This document shows, one piece after another, positions 59,927-64,000 of a DNA stretch of 64,000 bases. The notes beneath the pieces were generated by a model that saw only the letters and a program-made list of their open reading frames with translations, did not search any database and was not told the origin of the DNA. The first letter of the stretch is position 1. Each line of letters opens with the position of its first letter. Source of the DNA: an uncultured delta proteobacterium (GTDB taxonomy: Bacteria > Desulfobacterota > Desulfobacteria > Desulfobacterales > Desulfosalsimonadaceae); assembly GCA_963826785.1 (NCBI GenBank), contig CAWGYD010000001.1, forward strand, positions 768,001-832,000. The letters run 5' to 3'. The position numbers and the translations under genes are program-made.

Positions 59927-60610
59927 ATGAAAGAACGCGAGATGGAGGATCTTCTGTGGGAGCATCCCGAAAAGCTCCTCAACGAGCCGCTGAAGCAATT
60001 TCGCCGGCAGCCTCGGCGGCCCGGGATTGGACGAGCGGACCTAGTATTTACGGATAGGCTCGACCGTCTTCTCGTGATCGAAATAAAGCACGGCACTCTA
60101 CCGCGGGGCGCGGTCCCGCAGGTGATCGATTATTTCGGCATGATGAAGAGGGAATTCCCCGATCGTCCGGTGGAAATGATGGTGGTTGCTAACGTGATTC
60201 CTGCCGAACGGCGAATCTCGTGCGAGCAGCATCACATTGAGCCGCGCGAGATCAGTGACAAAAAGTTTCGGGACGTCGCGAATGAAGTCGGCTACCTCAT
60301 CCAGTCTGAACAGGGTCAATCGGCCGAACCGGTTGCCGTTGGCAATACACAGCCGGTCCCGTCAGGCCGCCTCGTCACAACACCCCCCGCCACTCCACAC
60401 CCCCTCAAGGGCGAGGCCAAAGGGTTAGCGCGGAGCGGGATGCCGAGGTACGATGCGAATGGACGGATGTCCCCGGAGCGGAAGCGTCGAGTGGCCCTGA
60501 GGAAGGCGTTTGCAGCGAAAGGTTTGAGAATCGGGGCTGACCGCATTGATCCCCTCATCATGGCGGGGCTATCGGACGACGAGATTATTCGCCGTCTGAC
60601 CAACGTCTAA
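59927..60610 (+). CDS. cassette 3 PD-(D/E)XK endonuclease, NucS/DUF91-like
   Basis: EREMEDLL..RADLVFTD..LVIEIK..QVIDY; GGAGG RBS. Confidence 0.78.
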   Translation: MKEREMEDLLWEHPEKLLNEPLKQFRRQPRRPGIGRADLVFTDRLDRLLVIEIKHGTLPRGAVPQVIDYFGMMKREFPDRPVEMMVVANVIPAERRISCEQHHIEPREISDKKFRDVANEVGYLIQSEQGQSAEPVAVGNTQPVPSGRLVTTPPATPHPLKGEAKGLARSGMPRYDANGRMSPERKRRVALRKAFAAKGLRIGADRIDPLIMAGLSDDEIIRRLTNV

Positions 60611-60663
60611 GCCAAGGACGATAGGCGGTGTCGGGTTTGCGAAGAGTCATACCAATTCGGATC

Positions 60664-60723
60664 GCCCAACAAGTCTAATGCAGCCGGCGCAAAAAGCAGC
60701 GCGGCTGATTAGCAGCGTTGGGC
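60664..60723 (+). mobile_element. integron attC site 3
   Basis: GCCCAAC-AAGT-CTAATGCAGCCG..CGGCTGATTAG-CAGC-GTTGGGC, 60 bp with extrahelical G. Confidence 0.9.
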
Positions 60724-60831
60724 TCTTATATGCTGCGAGCTGGGATTCCGGGGACACCTTACTAAATTCCAACCAGAAAATGCACCGAATAAAACCGGCG
60801 ATAAATGGTGGTCAAATTTTAATTTTTGCTA

Positions 60832-61098
60832 TCAGGGTAGGTTTCTATAAATATCTTTTCGGTGACCGATCCTGACAACCAGTATTAAGAGGTCATCCTC
60901 TTGAATCTCATAAATTATCCGATAATCTCCCACACGGATTTTGTGAAAAGGATTGTCGCCCTTCATTTTGGTTGTATCCGGATTTGGAGGGCCTTCAGTC
61001 AGGCTGTCAATTTTCTCGGCGATACGCTTTCTGTCAGCTTTCGGGATTTTTTTGAGCGTTCCTGCAGCAGACCTTTTGACCTCTATCCGATAACTCAA
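60832..61098 (-). CDS. relE: RelE/ParE-family toxin
   Basis: YRIEV..IRVGDYRIIYEI..VRIGHRKDIYR. Confidence 0.92.
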   Translation of the reverse strand: MSYRIEVKRSAAGTLKKIPKADRKRIAEKIDSLTEGPPNPDTTKMKGDNPFHKIRVGDYRIIYEIQEDDLLILVVRIGHRKDIYRNLP

Positions 61099-61346
61099 AG
61101 TTCAAGGTCCTTTTTCAACTCTTCCCAGGGTATTGGATCACCTGGTTCTTTTTTGGCCTTCCAGGCATCCTCGATATCTATTTGATCTTCTAATTCCTGC
61201 AATAGTTTAAGTTCCTTCATCGAAACAAGAGCGGCAATCGGCTCCCCCCGGCGTGTCAGAACAAATGATTCATTTCCGAAGGCAACTCTGTTGATGATGT
61301 TTGAAAACTTTTTTCTGGCGTCGGCGGTCGTGATTTTGTTGAGCAT
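61095..61346 (-). CDS. Phd/YefM-family antitoxin
   Basis: DARKKFSNIINRV..LTRRGEPIAALVS; ATGA overlap with toxin. Confidence 0.9.
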   Translation of the reverse strand: MLNKITTADARKKFSNIINRVAFGNESFVLTRRGEPIAALVSMKELKLLQELEDQIDIEDAWKAKKEPGDPIPWEELKKDLEL

Positions 61347-61361
61347 AACAAGCACCTCAAA

Positions 61362-61394
61362 TGTACAATTTGGTTAATTTGTACAAAATGTAAA
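61362..61394. promoter_or_regulatory. TA autoregulatory operator
   Basis: TGTACA (61362), TGTACA (61380), TGTAAA (61389) upstream of antitoxin. Confidence 0.6.
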
Positions 61395-61423
61395 TATATA
61401 TTCGTAAATTGTCAACCAATACA

Positions 61424-61579
61424 ATCGATCACCTCAATGAATCTGCACGCGCAATAGCGGAGGCGGAAAACCGGGAAATCCGGCTGTATGAGAAATACAA
61501 AGCGCATTGCAGCTACGGTGTATATATTCTAAGAAAGCTGGATCCGCAAAACGCCGGCACAAATTCTTCTGGCACATGA
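61424..61579 (+). pseudogene. 3' remnant of a class I methyltransferase gene
   Basis: ARAIAEAENREIRLYEKYKAHCSYGVYILRK resembles methyltransferase C-termini (from recall); no start. Confidence 0.5.
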
Positions 61580-61611
61580 ACCCTTGCTGCATCAATGAAT
61601 GGAGTGACGCC

Positions 61612-62145
61612 ATGTTTATCGAACTTGCCACCAGACGCAGAAGCATTCGACAGTTCCAGAATCGGCCAATTGAAAAGGAAAAGGTCGATTTGCTCCTCGA
61701 GGCGGCCCTGCGGTCGCCTTCTTCCCGCGGACTCAACCCCTGGCGGTTTATCGTGGTGGACGATCCCAGAATCATTGCAAACCTGTCTGCGGCCAAACCC
61801 CACGGAGCGGCTTTTTTGAAAAATGCCCCCCTTGCCGTGGTGATCTGTGCCGAGCCGGAAATTTCGGACGTGTGGGTGGAGGACGCGGCCATCGCATCGA
61901 TTTTTGTTCACCTGGCGGCAACCGATCTGGGGCTGGGCAGCTGCTGGATCCAGATCCGGGGCCGCGACCACGATGCAAAGCAGTCGGCGGGCGCCTTTAT
62001 CGCCGGACTTCTGGGCATCCCGGAAGGGGTCGAAGTCGAATCGATCATGGCCATCGGCTATGCCGCCGAGGAAAAAGCGGCCCATCCCACAGACCGCCTG
62101 CTCTACGACAGGGTGAGTTACAACGCCTATGGCCGCACGCGCTGA
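61612..62145 (+). CDS. nitroreductase family protein
   Basis: RRSIRQF, SPSSRGLNPWRFIVV, LGLGSCWI, IGY. Confidence 0.92.
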   Translation: MFIELATRRRSIRQFQNRPIEKEKVDLLLEAALRSPSSRGLNPWRFIVVDDPRIIANLSAAKPHGAAFLKNAPLAVVICAEPEISDVWVEDAAIASIFVHLAATDLGLGSCWIQIRGRDHDAKQSAGAFIAGLLGIPEGVEVESIMAIGYAAEEKAAHPTDRLLYDRVSYNAYGRTR

Positions 62146-62263
62146 TATGCCCGTCAGCTTATAGGCATTGAACGCGCGCGCCGGGAAGTGCCAGGGGGGG
62201 CTTAAAATTTTCATCGGATCATCATTTTCAGGTTGACAACAAAATCTTTTTCCGGTTATTTTT

Positions 62264-62279
62264 TCGAGCATATGCACAA
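62264..62279. promoter_or_regulatory. palindromic operator copy 3
   Basis: TCGAGCATATGCACAA just downstream of TTGACA(62233)-N18-TATTTT. Confidence 0.55.
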
Positions 62280-62399
62280 TATGAAATTGTGCGGGTAAGC
62301 CGTTTTTTGCTGTCCTGATCGATGCGCCTGTGAAAGGCGTTGCCCAATTTTTGTGATCAAGCGGCAGCATTATTCAAAATAGTAATTATAGCCAATTTC

Positions 62400-62448
62400 A
62401 AGCCACGAAGGCCGTATTCCGATGGATCGGGTCTTCGTGGCTTTTTTT
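62400..62448 (+). terminator. leader terminator/attenuator upstream of TonB receptor
   Basis: AAGCCACGAAGGCC / GGTCTTCGTGGCTT plus T7. Confidence 0.75.
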
Positions 62449-62504
62449 GTGCGCAGAACCCGGATCCGATTGACATGCAAACTGATACGGAAAGGTACTG
62501 TGAC

Positions 62505-64000
62505 ATGAAAAAATTGAAGCACCTGCTGGCGGCCATGATGATTTTTTTATCCGGCGCCGGCGGTATGGACGTTCATGCGGAGGAGGCCGCGGCCCAAAGC
62601 GTTGAACTGGAGGAAATCAAAATCACGGCATCGCCCATCATCGAGGGAAACCAGGTGGACCGGTATGCCGCTCCGAAAACCGTGGTCAGCCAAACCCAGA
62701 TCGAGGACCTGAATGCACAGGATCTGAGCGCTGCGCTTCGAATGTCGCCCGGGGTGAACATTTCCCGCTACAATCCGGTGGGGGCGTTCGGCGGCGGGGA
62801 GGGGGGCGCCGTGTTCATCCGCGGGATGGGCTCCAGCCGGCCGGGCGCGGAAATCAAGACCTATGTGGACGGCGTCCCCATGTACATGAGCGTGTGGAAC
62901 CATCCGCTGCTCGACCTGCTGGCCGTGGACCCGGCCGCGGCCATCGAGGTCTACAAATCCCCCCAGCCCCAGTATTTCGGCAATGCGGCCGCAGCCATCA
63001 ATATTGTCCCCAAACAGAAAACGACCCCGGGCTTCACCACACATGCGGAACTGGCGGGCGGCAGCTTCGGCACCGCCGTGGGACGTGCGGAGACCGGCGG
63101 AAGGGTCGATCGGTTCGATTACTACCTGGGCGGGGGATACCGGCGTTCAGACGGGCACCGGGACCATAGCGAAGGCAAAACCGGCAACGTGTTCGGCCGC
63201 ACGGGATACGAGATGTCTCAAAACTGGGACCTCTACTTTTTCGGGCTGTATACGGATAATTCCGCCGAGGACCCGGGGGCGAAGGGTGCAAAACCGGCCG
63301 AACGGCTGGGAACGTATGAGACCCGCGCCTGGCTGGCCAGCATGACCCTGTCCAACCACTATGCCCATGCGAACGGATATCTGAAGGTCTACCGCAACGC
63401 CGGGGAGGGGGACTGGCTCGATCAGCCGTATGATGAAAATCTCAGGGAGGACCTGTACAACGACTTCAGGTTTTACGGTATTAAGGCCAAAGAGACGTTT
63501 GGGTTCGGGGAAGGGGGCGAACTGATCACCGGCCTGGACTGGGAGAATACCCAGGGGGACTACAATGAAGCGCTCAGCGACGGCACCTCGGATCGATGGG
63601 ACGGTGAAGATTTTTCTCTGCTGATGCCCTATGCGGCCTTAAGCCAGCGTTTCGGTGATGAAAATGGCTGCTATGTTATTCCCTCGGCAGGGGCTCGGTA
63701 TTATGACCATACGGATTTCGAAGCTAAATGGGCCCCCTTTGCCGGCCTGGTGGTCGGCTACGGAAACATCAAGACCCATGCGGGATATTCGCGGGGCGTA
63801 GTCTATCCGGGTCTGGATGTGGTGGTCTTTTCCGAAAAGGTGATCCCCATGCTGGCAGACACCTGGAAAAACCTGGACCCGGAAATCGTGGACCATTATG
63901 AAGCCGGAATATCGTACCTGCTCGGGGAAAAGGCCGCTGTCGACCTGACCTGGTTTTACAATGACGGAAAAGACCGGTACGTGGTGGTCCCCCCGCCGCC
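62505..64000 (+). CDS. TonB-dependent receptor (3'-truncated by window; not in ORF track)
   Basis: MKKLKHLL signal, LEEIKITAS TonB box, LRMSPGV..IRG..YVDGVP plug domain, IEVYKSP. Confidence 0.92.
   Translation, partial: MKKLKHLLAAMMIFLSGAGGMDVHAEEAAAQSVELEEIKITASPIIEGNQVDRYAAPKTVVSQTQIEDLNAQDLSAALRMSPGVNISRYNPVGAFGGGEGGAVFIRGMGSSRPGAEIKTYVDGVPMYMSVWNHPLLDLLAVDPAAAIEVYKSPQPQYFGNAAAAINIVPKQKTTPGFTTHAELAGGSFGTAVGRAETGGRVDRFDYYLGGGYRRSDGHRDHSEGKTGNVFGRTGYEMSQNWDLYFFGLYTDNSAEDPGAKGAKPAERLGTYETRAWLASMTLSNHYAHANGYLKVYRNAGEGDWLDQPYDENLREDLYNDFRFYGIKAKETFGFGEGGELITGLDWENTQGDYNEALSDGTSDRWDGEDFSLLMPYAALSQRFGDENGCYVIPSAGARYYDHTDFEAKWAPFAGLVVGYGNIKTHAGYSRGVVYPGLDVVVFSEKVIPMLADTWKNLDPEIVDHYEAGISYLLGEKAAVDLTWFYNDGKDRYVVVPPP

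Noticed and set aside
58476..60723. CRISPR array interpretation of repeated GTTGGGC/GCCCAAC
   Set aside because: Only 7-bp cores repeat and they are separated by whole genes; fits attC. No CRISPR, tRNA or rRNA seen in the window
60742..60830. GGGGACACC / GGTCAAATTTTAATT motifs reminiscent of transposase-associated ends
   Set aside because: No transposase or second copy in the window
62280..62450. Cobalamin riboswitch before the TonB receptor
   Set aside because: No B12-box or GGGAA..GGTG..AA.CC core found

Overview
GC-rich chromosomal segment, most likely from a sulfate-reducing Desulfobacterales-type bacterium (inferred from Hmc/Hdr gene content). From left to right: (1) an amidase (5'-truncated) and purB. 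(2) An 11-gene cell-polarity/type IV pilus signalling cluster: mglB, mglA, two unknowns, a Zn-ribbon/Cache/HAMP sensor with no output domain, two DUF4388/PATAN-like proteins, a second roadblock protein, TPR-PilB, PilZ and an adenylate cyclase. (3) An acyl-CoA dehydrogenase divergent from a PAS-sigma54 activator, followed by a sigma54-driven nuoE/F/G-like plus HdrA-MvhD fusion operon. (4) An hmcABCD operon that continues into an HmcE-HdrC-HdrC fusion, HdrB, a selenocysteine-containing double HdrA (in-frame TGA plus SECIS, missed by the ORF track), an FrhB-like protein and a Usp. (5) An accessory region with decayed genes and a c-di-GMP-I riboswitch in front of a secreted 5'-nucleotidase. (6) A cofactor/metal-related cluster sharing a palindromic operator, interrupted by an integrase-less integron cassette array (attI-like site plus 3 attC) and a Phd/RelE toxin-antitoxin pair. 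The window ends inside a TonB-dependent receptor gene. All calls come from motif reading and recall; no database searches were run.
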